Shown here one piece after another: positions 44,166-52,407 of a DNA stretch of 64,000 nt. The notes under the pieces are model-generated. The model had not been told where the DNA came from. It saw only the letters and a list, made by a program, of their open reading frames with translations, and searched no databases. A program made the translations under genes and the position numbers. Each line of letters begins with the position of its first letter. Position 1 is the first letter of the stretch. Source of the stretch: a virus. The stretch is taken from IMG/VR virus record IMGVR_UViG_3300007351_000002; one strand, written 5' to 3'.

Positions 44166-45197
44166 ATGGCAAATAATCGCATATTTTACGCAATTCAAGG
44201 TTTGGGTATAGCACCGCATGATGTTTCGGCTTCTGGAGGCGCTCCTTCTGGTTTTAATACCGTTCATGGTGTTCAGAGTGTAAGTATAAATACTACATTC
44301 AATTTGGAACAGGTATTCGAACTTGGTCAATTGGAACTTTACGAGAATATAGAAGGTATTCCCGCTATAGAACTTACAGCGCAAAAGGTTCTTGACGGGT
44401 ATCCTTTGCTATATCATCTTGCTACGCCTTTGGCTGTATCACCAACTCTTGTTGGACGTTCAAATGAACGATGCTATGTAGCATTAAACATTTATCCCGA
44501 TACTTTCGATAACGCTTCCGGTACACCATTGCAAATGGTTGGTATGTCCGGTATGTATGTTTCGTCTTTAACATACACACTTAATATAGATGGAAACTGC
44601 ACCGAAGATATTACATTAGTTGGTAATGATAAAGTATGGTATGCAAGTGGTAATGGATTTACACCAGTAGGATTTGATGGTACAGATTCTCCGTTCGCTG
44701 CTAGTGGTGTTCAAAGACGAGAAGACGTTATAATGGGTTCTGGAGCTAGTGGAAGTATTTGGCCGCTAGATATTCCTGGTATTGATCCAAGCGGATTTAA
44801 TCTTGATGTAAATGGTGTATTCAATGCACATATTCAAACGGTAACTATTTCTACAGATTTGGGTAGAGATGAATTATTTGAGTTGGGTCGTCGTGGGCCA
44901 TATCATAGGTTTGTTACCTTCCCGGTTGAAGTTACTTGTGCTATAAACGTTACATCAAGCGAAGGCGATTTAGTAGATGCTTTAGCTGATCCGCCAGGAG
45001 GAACTAATCTTACCGATCAACAAATAGTAATTTATCTAAACGATAGTACAAAATTTAATCTTGGAACAAGAAATAAGTTATCAAGTGTAACTTATGGTGG
45101 TGGAGATGCGACGGGCGGCAATGTTCAAGTTTCTTACAATTATTCAAACTTTAATTCTTTAACTGTCACTCAAGATCAAGACCCCGCAGGTCTGTAA
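44166..45197 (+). CDS. major tail (tube) protein candidate
   Basis: 343 aa with its own promoter motif, a GGAG SD and a strong terminator. GC is higher than background, which suggests high expression. No sheath-like gene was seen. Functional assignment is from context only. Confidence 0.4.
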   Translation: MANNRIFYAIQGLGIAPHDVSASGGAPSGFNTVHGVQSVSINTTFNLEQVFELGQLELYENIEGIPAIELTAQKVLDGYPLLYHLATPLAVSPTLVGRSNERCYVALNIYPDTFDNASGTPLQMVGMSGMYVSSLTYTLNIDGNCTEDITLVGNDKVWYASGNGFTPVGFDGTDSPFAASGVQRREDVIMGSGASGSIWPLDIPGIDPSGFNLDVNGVFNAHIQTVTISTDLGRDELFELGRRGPYHRFVTFPVEVTCAINVTSSEGDLVDALADPPGGTNLTDQQIVIYLNDSTKFNLGTRNKLSSVTYGGGDATGGNVQVSYNYSNFNSLTVTQDQDPAGL

Positions 45198-45226
45198 AAT
45201 ATAAAGTAAAACATAATAAATAAGGA

Positions 45227-45253
45227 AAGCTAAGAGAAATCTTAGCTTTTTTT
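45227..45253 (+). terminator. rho-independent terminator
   Basis: AAGCTAAGA-GAAA-TCTTAGCTT hairpin followed by T-run. Confidence 0.8.
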
Positions 45254-45305
45254 ATTTTAATTGGAACAAAACTAAACTTCTATAGTATAATAAAGCGGTG
45301 ATGCT

Positions 45306-46061
45306 ATGAAAAAAGAAACTATAGAAGCAAGAAGATTGGCTGGTCTTTGTATTAGATGCGGAGTTAAAGTTGTAGAAGGAAGAAGCTTATGTCAATATCA
45401 TTTAGATAAATCTAAAACTAAAAGCGAAAAAAGAAGAGAAAAATTAAGAAATAATAATTCATGTTTACGTTGCGGAAAACCAGCAAGAGACGGTATGAAA
45501 AGTTGTGAATTTTGTGGTAAAAAAGCTGCCCAATATTCTAATAAATACAACAAATCTTTATATACAGAAAGGCAAGAATCAAACATTTGCGTAAGGTGTG
45601 GCGGCTCTAAAGAAACGGATTCTGTGCATTGTAATGAATGTCAAAAATATATGAAGTCCAAAGATAAGAAAAAATATGATGAATTAAAAATTTTAAATTT
45701 ATGCACTCATTGTGGTAGTGAAAAAGATATAGATGGGACTCTATGTTCTGTATGTAAAGATATCAATAGTAAAAATGGTTATAAATCAAGAAGATCACAA
45801 AAAGAAAGAGTTATAAACCATTATGGTGGAAAATGCTTTTGTTGTGGTGAAACAAAAATTAAATTCTTAACAATTGATCATATAAATAATGATGGCTATA
45901 AACATAGAAAAGATATTAACAAAGAAATATGTAGATGGATAATAAATAATAATTTTCCAGAAAACATGTTTCAAGTAGCCTGCTATAATTGTAACTGCGG
46001 TCGTGCTAAAAATAACGGAATCTGTCCTCATCAAGAACAAAAATTAGAGCCGAACGTATAA
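45306..46061 (+). CDS. HNH endonuclease with four N-terminal zinc-ribbon repeats
   Basis: Repeats of the form C(I/L/V/T)(R/H)CG...C..C, then CFCCGE...LTIDHINNDGYKHRKD...ACYNCNCGRAKNNG. Confidence 0.75.
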   Translation: MKKETIEARRLAGLCIRCGVKVVEGRSLCQYHLDKSKTKSEKRREKLRNNNSCLRCGKPARDGMKSCEFCGKKAAQYSNKYNKSLYTERQESNICVRCGGSKETDSVHCNECQKYMKSKDKKKYDELKILNLCTHCGSEKDIDGTLCSVCKDINSKNGYKSRRSQKERVINHYGGKCFCCGETKIKFLTIDHINNDGYKHRKDINKEICRWIINNNFPENMFQVACYNCNCGRAKNNGICPHQEQKLEPNV

Positions 46062-46151
46062 TATGTATGGGGCTACTGAGCAGATAAAAATCACCTCCTT
46101 TCTAGTCGTGAATCTAAAACCGCCTTTAGCCCTATTTTTTTTGGAGATTTT

Positions 46152-46517
46152 ATGAAATATTGTGAAGAACAATTTTGTCCAATATGTATTGTTACTATGT
46201 TTTTTAGCAAACTTAAAAAATTATTTAGAGAATTAAACTTTAGACGAAAATATGGATTTAAAAGTATAGATATTTTTAATCTTGATTATACTATGGCTAA
46301 ATTTATATTACCAAGATTGAAACTTTTTAAAGAAACTACTTTTTGCCACCCTCATGGTTTAACTATGCAAAAATGGAAAAATATATTGGATCATATGATT
46401 TATGCATTTGACTGCGAAGTAAGGCAATGGGATGAAGATATTCAGGAGATAGATTATAAAAGAGTTCAAAAAGGTTTTAATTTATTTGGTAAATATTTTA
46501 AAGATTTGTGGATATAG
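46152..46517 (+). CDS. hypothetical protein (121 aa)
   Basis: ORF with a GGAG SD. Confidence 0.5.
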   Translation: MKYCEEQFCPICIVTMFFSKLKKLFRELNFRRKYGFKSIDIFNLDYTMAKFILPRLKLFKETTFCHPHGLTMQKWKNILDHMIYAFDCEVRQWDEDIQEIDYKRVQKGFNLFGKYFKDLWI

Positions 46518-46527
46518 GAAACGATTT

Positions 46528-46734
46528 ATGGTATATGATACTTTATATTTAACAAAAGAACAAATAGAAAAATTACAAAATGGTGAATCTATAATTGCAG
46601 AATTTAGATCTTTAGAAGATTATGGTTATGTTTCTAAGCATGACATAGAAATATTTCCTATTGTAGAGAATGTTAAAAAAGACAATTGTTATACAGATAA
46701 TGTTTTAAACGCCGATAAAAGAGGTATGAAGTAA
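46528..46734 (+). CDS. hypothetical protein (about 68 aa)
   Basis: ORF. The ATG at 46528, after AGGAAA, is chosen over the overlapping upstream start. Confidence 0.45.
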   Translation: MVYDTLYLTKEQIEKLQNGESIIAEFRSLEDYGYVSKHDIEIFPIVENVKKDNCYTDNVLNADKRGMK

Positions 46735-46836
46735 TGGATGTTATATTATGTTTTTCTCCATTTATAATAGCATTTGTTGGTTGTATGGTTTGGTTTTATA
46801 TAGAAGATGTAAATATACGACGGAACGGGTGTAAAC

Positions 46837-47130
46837 ATGAAAACAACTGTAGTAAACCTTAAGAAAGAACCGTATGATGTATATTGCGGTCGTGCCGGTC
46901 ATGGTAAAGATGGGTATTTCGGGAACCCATTTCGTATAATAAACGGAATACGAGGGTCTGCTATAGAACCTTATAGAGAATATTTTTATAAAAGATTAGA
47001 GACTGATCCGGATTTCAAAGAAAGAATTTTAGCTTTAAAAGGTAAAGTGTTGGGTTGTTTTTGTAAGCCCAAAGCTTGTCATTGTGACATTATTGCAAAT
47101 TATTTAAATAATTTAGAAACAAAATCGTAA
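46837..47130 (+). CDS. DUF4326 family protein
   Basis: YCGRAGHGKDGYFGNPF...YREYF...LKGKVLGCFCKPKACHCDIIANYL matches the DUF4326 pattern as I recall it. Confidence 0.6.
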   Translation: MKTTVVNLKKEPYDVYCGRAGHGKDGYFGNPFRIINGIRGSAIEPYREYFYKRLETDPDFKERILALKGKVLGCFCKPKACHCDIIANYLNNLETKS

Positions 47131-47134
47131 AAAT

Positions 47135-47144
47135 TGGGTATAAT
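47135..47144 (+). promoter_or_regulatory. candidate -10 element TGGGTATAAT
   Basis: The same 10-mer as at 5456-5465. Lies 34 nt upstream of the lipoprotein ATG. Confidence 0.4.
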
Positions 47145-47177
47145 ATGGTGGAAACTTTAACTTTTAGGAGAAACAAA

Positions 47178-47456
47178 ATGAATCGTATCGTTAGTATTTT
47201 GGGCGTTGGTCTAATCCTTTCGTGTATAGCTGGTTGTGCTTCAATTACTACGGCTAAGGTTGGTCGTGGCAGACTAGATGTGAGAACAGAAGCGCATGCA
47301 TATCGTGGTTTTTCTGTTAATCCAGAAAATGGTCATCGTTCAGTAACCCTTGGCGTTGTAACATTGGGTGGCGATGCACGTTTAGAAGATCGTCAACCAA
47401 GAGTTTTTGATTTTGGATTTGGCGTTGATGTTCCGTCACAAACGCAACCCGAATAA
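47178..47456 (+). CDS. small secreted lipoprotein (moron)
   Basis: Signal peptide with a lipobox (LILSCIAGC|AS) and an AGGAG SD. Visibly higher GC than its surroundings, with its own -10 element and terminator. Confidence 0.7.
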   Translation: MNRIVSILGVGLILSCIAGCASITTAKVGRGRLDVRTEAHAYRGFSVNPENGHRSVTLGVVTLGGDARLEDRQPRVFDFGFGVDVPSQTQPE

Positions 47457-47486
47457 TTAAAAGAAACAAAAGTAACCACAGAGATG

Positions 47487-47515
47487 GCCCACCGAAAGGT
47501 GGGCTATTTCTGATT
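47487..47515 (+). terminator. rho-independent terminator
   Basis: GCCCACC-GAAA-GGTGGGC hairpin followed by TATTTCTGATTT. Confidence 0.7.
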
Positions 47516-47528
47516 TAAGGAGTGATGT

Positions 47529-47738
47529 ATGAGATGCGTTGATTGCGACAAAGTTATATATAAAAATCAAGAAAGGGACATGCAAGATTCTGCTTGGAAT
47601 GAACTATTTTTTTATTTCCATTTTCAAATGAATCAAGGATATATAACTGGTGAAACTTTTGAACAATTATTTCAATGTTTGGTTAGATTAGATAGGAAAT
47701 ATCATACATGCTCAACGAATTGTGGTCTGACAGAATAA
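47529..47738 (+). CDS. hypothetical Cys-containing protein (69 aa)
   Basis: ORF with a GGAG SD. Overlaps the hpt start by 31 nt. Confidence 0.4.
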   Translation: MRCVDCDKVIYKNQERDMQDSAWNELFFYFHFQMNQGYITGETFEQLFQCLVRLDRKYHTCSTNCGLTE

Positions 47739-48241
47739 AACCATTGATATCTATAGAAGAAATAGATAACAGGATAAAGGAAATAGGAAAAGAAATTTCT
47801 GACAAATATACGTCGGATTTGAATAGATTAGTATTAATAGGTGTGATGGATGGGGCTGGCCCATTTCTATTCGATCTAATAAAGAATATTGAAACCAAGT
47901 TAGAAATATTTACTGTCAAAATAAAGACTTATGACGGAGTGTATAAATCTAGGTCTATTAGTAGTCCGTTAAAAGAGTTATCATCATGTAATATAAAGAA
48001 TGCCAATGTAATAGTGGTAGATGATATTCTTGATACTGGTAATACAATTAATATGATAGAAAAAACAATAATGGCTTTAGGACCAGCTAATTTAGAATTT
48101 GCACTTTTATTGAATAAAAATAAAACCGATATAAAACCAGATTATATCGGGTTTAATATACCGGATGAATTTGTAATTGGCTATGGTTTAGATTATAAAG
48201 GATTTTATCGCAACTTACAGGGGGTATTTACATATGCCTAA
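47708..48241 (+). CDS. hpt: hypoxanthine(-guanine) phosphoribosyltransferase
   Basis: PRPP-binding motif VIVVDDILDTGNTI and C-terminal FVIGYGLDYKGFYRNL, both typical of HPRT. 177 aa. Confidence 0.85.
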   Translation: MLNELWSDRIKPLISIEEIDNRIKEIGKEISDKYTSDLNRLVLIGVMDGAGPFLFDLIKNIETKLEIFTVKIKTYDGVYKSRSISSPLKELSSCNIKNANVIVVDDILDTGNTINMIEKTIMALGPANLEFALLLNKNKTDIKPDYIGFNIPDEFVIGYGLDYKGFYRNLQGVFTYA

Positions 48242-48566
48242 ATTCTATTGCACCACCGCAAGCTTTAATAATATTGTTGATGCAGAAGATTTTTTTGAAG
48301 CTGCAAAAAAAACATTATCAAAGGCTATAGAGAATGGTATAGATACGAGTCTGTTAATATCAATAAACGAAAGAGGCTTTTCATCCGATGAAACATTAAT
48401 AACCCCTGTCATTCCTGTATTAAAAAAGATGGGGTATGATGATAAAACATCTGGTGAATGGATTGATATCGTTTGTCAATCATTAAATTTGAGTTTTGAA
48501 GATATTAATCCTAAACATTTAAAATGGCTTGTTACAGGAATTATGGAGGAAGGAAATGGCAATTAG
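48234..48566 (+). CDS. hypothetical protein (110 aa)
   Basis: ORF overlapping the hpt stop. Confidence 0.5.
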   Translation: MPKFYCTTASFNNIVDAEDFFEAAKKTLSKAIENGIDTSLLISINERGFSSDETLITPVIPVLKKMGYDDKTSGEWIDIVCQSLNLSFEDINPKHLKWLVTGIMEEGNGN

Positions 48567-48861
48567 ATTCGAATACAATAATGAAAAAGTAGAAATAGTA
48601 TTTTTTTACGATACCGTATCAGAAGAAGATATGCTTTTTGAAGGATTCAAAATACATGACGAATATGGTAGAAGGTGTACTGCGGCAAAAATAATTAGAA
48701 ATGATAATGAAGTATCTATAGGGGTGTCTGTATGTAGACCCCCAGATAATTTTAGTAAATCTACCGGAAGAAAAATGGCGCTAAGAGATGCTTTATCATT
48801 TATTTCTGATAAAGAATTTAGAAAAGAAGTTTGGAGAAATTATAGAGAGAATTGTAAATGA
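48556..48861 (+). CDS. hypothetical protein (about 101 aa)
   Basis: ORF. The ATG at 48556, after GGAGGAAGG, is chosen. Confidence 0.5.
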   Translation: MAIRFEYNNEKVEIVFFYDTVSEEDMLFEGFKIHDEYGRRCTAAKIIRNDNEVSIGVSVCRPPDNFSKSTGRKMALRDALSFISDKEFRKEVWRNYRENCK

Positions 48862-49037
48862 AAAAGAAAACTAAAATAGACAAAAATATATTAGAATCAA
48901 TAAATTCGCCAAATCCTTGGAGTCCAGAATCTGAAGATAAATGGTTAAGGCAATTAGGAAAACTATCAAAAAGAGAAATTTATGAACAATTTCCTCCGAT
49001 GAAAAAACCGCCACATATATCGAAAATAGCCACTTGA
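48858..49037 (+). CDS. hypothetical protein (59 aa, MKKKTKIDKNILESINSPNPW...)
   Basis: Hand-translated ORF. ATGA start/stop overlap with the upstream gene. Confidence 0.4.
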   Translation: MKKKTKIDKNILESINSPNPWSPESEDKWLRQLGKLSKREIYEQFPPMKKPPHISKIAT

Positions 49038-49038
49038 C

Positions 49039-49659
49039 ATGTTAAACTTAACAGGACAAAGATTTAGTAGATTAACGCCCATAGAACGAATAAATAATAA
49101 TAGAGTAAAATGGTTATGTAAATGCGATTGTGGAAATTACATTTTGGTTAGGCAAGATAGTCTTAGAAATGGCCATACTAAAAGCTGTGGATGTCTAAAC
49201 ACCGAAACTAGAATTAACAATTGCAAGATAAACTTTACAACTCACGGACATTCAAAGACTAATATTAATAATATTTGGTATACTATGATTCAAAGATGCA
49301 CAAATCAGAACAATAAAGATTATAAAAATTATGGAGGAAGAGGAATCAAAGTTTGCGAACGATGGCTAAAATTTGAAAATTTTCTTAAAGATATTGGTAT
49401 CCCTAAAAACGGAATGACTCTAGAAAGAATAAACAATGACGGTAATTATGAATTGAATAATTGTAAATGGGCTACTAGAGTTGAACAAGCAAGAAATACT
49501 AGACATAATAGATTAATATGTTACAATGGTAGAATACAATGTTTATCAGCTTGGGCAGAAGAGTATAATATAAGTCCAAAAATTTTATGGTTAAGATTAT
49601 CTAAATTAAATTGGAGTATAGAAAAATCTTTGACTAAACCGATTAAAAGGAAAAGATAG
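49039..49659 (+). CDS. HNH-like homing-endonuclease family protein (paralog C)
   Basis: Same motif set as the other paralogs (CKCDCGN...CGC, YGGRGIKVCERW, LERINNDGNYELNNCKWATRVEQARN). Confidence 0.6.
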   Translation: MLNLTGQRFSRLTPIERINNNRVKWLCKCDCGNYILVRQDSLRNGHTKSCGCLNTETRINNCKINFTTHGHSKTNINNIWYTMIQRCTNQNNKDYKNYGGRGIKVCERWLKFENFLKDIGIPKNGMTLERINNDGNYELNNCKWATRVEQARNTRHNRLICYNGRIQCLSAWAEEYNISPKILWLRLSKLNWSIEKSLTKPIKRKR

Positions 49660-49962
49660 ATGAAAAAAACTTTATGGAATAACGATTGGTTTTGTATAAT
49701 ATGCGGTAAGCGGTTAATAAATATTTGTTTATGTTCTGACGATGATAAGTATGATAATTCAGGGGTGCATCCAAATATAGAGGGTGGGACAGCGGAAATA
49801 GGTTTTGGATATGGCTCAAGATATGATCAAATAGAGAATCTTCTTGATCATGAAAATTATAAATACATAGCCTGTATTTGTGACGATTGTTTCGAGGAAA
49901 AATTATCATTAATTAAAAAGGTTGAAATAATAAATAAAAAAGAATATAAAATAATAGAATAA
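49660..49962 (+). CDS. hypothetical Cys-rich protein (100 aa)
   Basis: ORF starting immediately after the upstream stop. Confidence 0.45.
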   Translation: MKKTLWNNDWFCIICGKRLINICLCSDDDKYDNSGVHPNIEGGTAEIGFGYGSRYDQIENLLDHENYKYIACICDDCFEEKLSLIKKVEIINKKEYKIIE

Positions 49963-50052
49963 TAACATATTGTATATAAAAAGTCAGTAGACCCTCCGAG
50001 CCTCTATCTTAGACCACCTAAGATAAGCTAAAATAACGGGGGGTATTTTAAT

Positions 50053-50062
50053 TGTGTATAAA
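50053..50062 (+). promoter_or_regulatory. conserved TGTGTATAAA element
   Basis: Exact 10-mer in the intergenic region upstream of 50118 and the tail operon. A near copy, TGTATATAAA, lies at 49971-49980. Confidence 0.45.
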
Positions 50063-50117
50063 TCTAAATAGGATAGCTTTAGGATTTTCGGCACTTTTAT
50101 TGTGTTGGGAATAAAAT

Positions 50118-51197
50118 ATGGATTCATTTCAAGTAGAAAGAATGATTTATAAAATATCTTGTGGTAAAATACTTACAGAACAAAAATTAATAGATAATTC
50201 TATAATTAAATTACTACTTTATCCACCAACCGATATAAATAAAGCCAACTCTACTTTTATTTATGAAAACGAATATAATAATGCTATTATAATGGATATT
50301 CTAACCGAAAAGGAATTGATGTGTTGGCTCGTGGAAACTGGCCAATGGTCTGTAGAAAATAATATAAAAATAGAATCCATAAAAGATGATATACATAAGA
50401 TAACGAAGGGATTACTTGATTTCATATTAAATAACAAAAAACTTGAACAAGCAAGACTTATGCTTAGAAAAGCGGAAAAAACACTTTATAAGTTAATAGA
50501 CGAAAAAAATAAGTTAATGATAAATAGTGCAGAAAATTACAGTATAATGCAACAACAAAGATATCTAATATCTAAAATAGTTTATACGTTAGACGATAAA
50601 CCATTATGGCAAAATGATTTTGATTTTGAAAATTATCAAGATTTGTCGTTAATAAATAGGTTGTGTAGATTATTTTTTGAAGAATCAAGAATTGGTTCTA
50701 AAACATTGAGGTTCTTAGCAAGATCTAATTATTGGAAAATGATATGGACAACAAGTAAAGAAATGAATATATTTGATATACCGCCAATGCAGTGGACAGA
50801 CAATCAGAGGGGTTTGGTATATTGGTCTAAAGTTTATGATAATATATCAGAATCATCAGATAGACCATCAAACAAAATAATAGACGACGACGACCTATTG
50901 GATTCTTGGTTTATTAGACAATCAGATAAAATGGAGGCTCAATCTAATAAAAATAATATAAATAATATTATTAATGACAATAATAAGCCGGGAAGAAAAG
51001 AAACATTTATTGTTACAGACAACGCATCTTCCAAAGATGTATATAGTATGAACGATGCATCTTCTAGAATAAAAATAAAAGCAAAACAAAAAATATTAAC
51101 AGAAAAAGGTGAAATAAAAGAACAGGATACCCCAGAAGGTAAAGAAGAAATCAGGATACAATTTAGTAAGCAATCTATTGCGAAAGGAAAAAAATAA
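50118..51197 (+). CDS. hypothetical protein (359 aa)
   Basis: ORF, the first gene of the operon leading to the tape measure. Confidence 0.55.
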   Translation: MDSFQVERMIYKISCGKILTEQKLIDNSIIKLLLYPPTDINKANSTFIYENEYNNAIIMDILTEKELMCWLVETGQWSVENNIKIESIKDDIHKITKGLLDFILNNKKLEQARLMLRKAEKTLYKLIDEKNKLMINSAENYSIMQQQRYLISKIVYTLDDKPLWQNDFDFENYQDLSLINRLCRLFFEESRIGSKTLRFLARSNYWKMIWTTSKEMNIFDIPPMQWTDNQRGLVYWSKVYDNISESSDRPSNKIIDDDDLLDSWFIRQSDKMEAQSNKNNINNIINDNNKPGRKETFIVTDNASSKDVYSMNDASSRIKIKAKQKILTEKGEIKEQDTPEGKEEIRIQFSKQSIAKGKK

Positions 51198-51586
51198 TGG
51201 TAGAGGAAAATAATTCTGCTGAAAAATTATATAATCTTAAGAAAATACAAAAAAGAGAATCAGAAATAAAATTTTTAGAATATATAAAAAATAGACTTAA
51301 ATCTATAGCAAAGAAAAAGTTTACTACATGTTTTATTTTTGCTATATCAGAATTTGAAAAGGTTTGGGGTCAAGAATTGTGGGGTCATGGATTGCCAGAC
51401 GAAAAATTAACAGATGTGCAGAGGGCTAATAGAGTAAGATGGGAACAGGTAAGAAGAGATATTCTAGATAAAGGAAATAATCAATTAAGGGGTTTTGAAT
51501 CTGAAATTGATTTGCATAATATTGATTTTAAAGGATATACTATAACTTTCGTCGGAAATAAAGGAGATAAAAATGGAACAAATTAA
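51197..51586 (+). CDS. hypothetical protein (129 aa)
   Basis: ORF with stop/start overlap. Confidence 0.5.
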   Translation: MVEENNSAEKLYNLKKIQKRESEIKFLEYIKNRLKSIAKKKFTTCFIFAISEFEKVWGQELWGHGLPDEKLTDVQRANRVRWEQVRRDILDKGNNQLRGFESEIDLHNIDFKGYTITFVGNKGDKNGTN

Positions 51587-52397
51587 GGAAAAATTTTCTT
51601 GTAATGATAATGGTAACGATATATGTCTTGTTGTAATGTATCCAAATCATAAGATTATACAAGACGCCAATCTCCAATATAATTATAAAATGTCATCATT
51701 AATTAGACAAGCTATGAAAACAGATGAAAGATTATTGATGAGATCAGAATTAGAATCTCATTTGAATAAATTGGGCATATGGACAAAAGATGATGCACTC
51801 ACTATGGAAAAATTAGGTCTTGAAATTAGGGCGTGTGAATTGATGCTTAAAAAAGGGGGATTAAAAAAATCAGAAGGTAAACAATTGGCAATAAAAATGT
51901 CAGAATTAAGAAACAATATGATTAAATTATATAATAAGAGACAGCAATATGATTCTTTGACCGTAGAATCTGTTGCAGAAAATCATAGATTTAATTTTCT
52001 TGCAAGTAAATGTATATTAATAGATCCTACCAATGAACCATATTTTAAAAGTTTGGATGATTATATTGATAAAAGTTCGGAACCCGCTGCTATAGGTGGC
52101 GCAACAATACTTGCTAAAATGTTGTATGGATTACAAGATGATATAAAGTCTAATTTATTTGAAATTCAATGGTTGAAAAAAGCAGGATTTGTTGACGATA
52201 TGGGAAGATATATAAATAGCAAAGGCGAGTTCACCGACAAGGATGGCCGTAGAATTAATGAAGAAAATAGATATATAAATGAAAATGGTGATTTAATAGA
52301 TAAAAATGGTAATTTGATAGATAAAAATGGTGACTTTTATATTATTGAACCAAAACCATTTATAGATGATGAAACCGGCGAACAAATAGAAATTTAG
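51573..52397 (+). CDS. hypothetical protein (274 aa); a tail assembly chaperone role is possible from position
   Basis: ORF directly upstream of the tape measure. The C-terminus has short repeats (INENGDLIDKNGNLIDKNGDF). Confidence 0.5.
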   Translation: MEQIKEKFSCNDNGNDICLVVMYPNHKIIQDANLQYNYKMSSLIRQAMKTDERLLMRSELESHLNKLGIWTKDDALTMEKLGLEIRACELMLKKGGLKKSEGKQLAIKMSELRNNMIKLYNKRQQYDSLTVESVAENHRFNFLASKCILIDPTNEPYFKSLDDYIDKSSEPAAIGGATILAKMLYGLQDDIKSNLFEIQWLKKAGFVDDMGRYINSKGEFTDKDGRRINEENRYINENGDLIDKNGNLIDKNGDFYIIEPKPFIDDETGEQIEI

Positions 52398-52407
52398 AGG
52401 TATCGTT

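Noticed and set aside
50016-50036. Hairpin TATCTTAG-ACCAC-CTAAGATA in the 49963-50117 intergenic gap, as a terminator or small RNA.
   Set aside because: It is an 8-bp AT-rich stem without a following T-run. It could be a weak terminator or an operator, but there is too little evidence to call it.
51197-52397. A programmed -1 frameshift pair of tail assembly chaperones upstream of the tape measure.
   Set aside because: ORFs 51197-51586 and 51573-52397 overlap by 14 nt. I could not identify a slippery heptamer of the XXXYYYZ type in the overlap. The second ORF has its own ATG, so ordinary coupling is the simpler reading.
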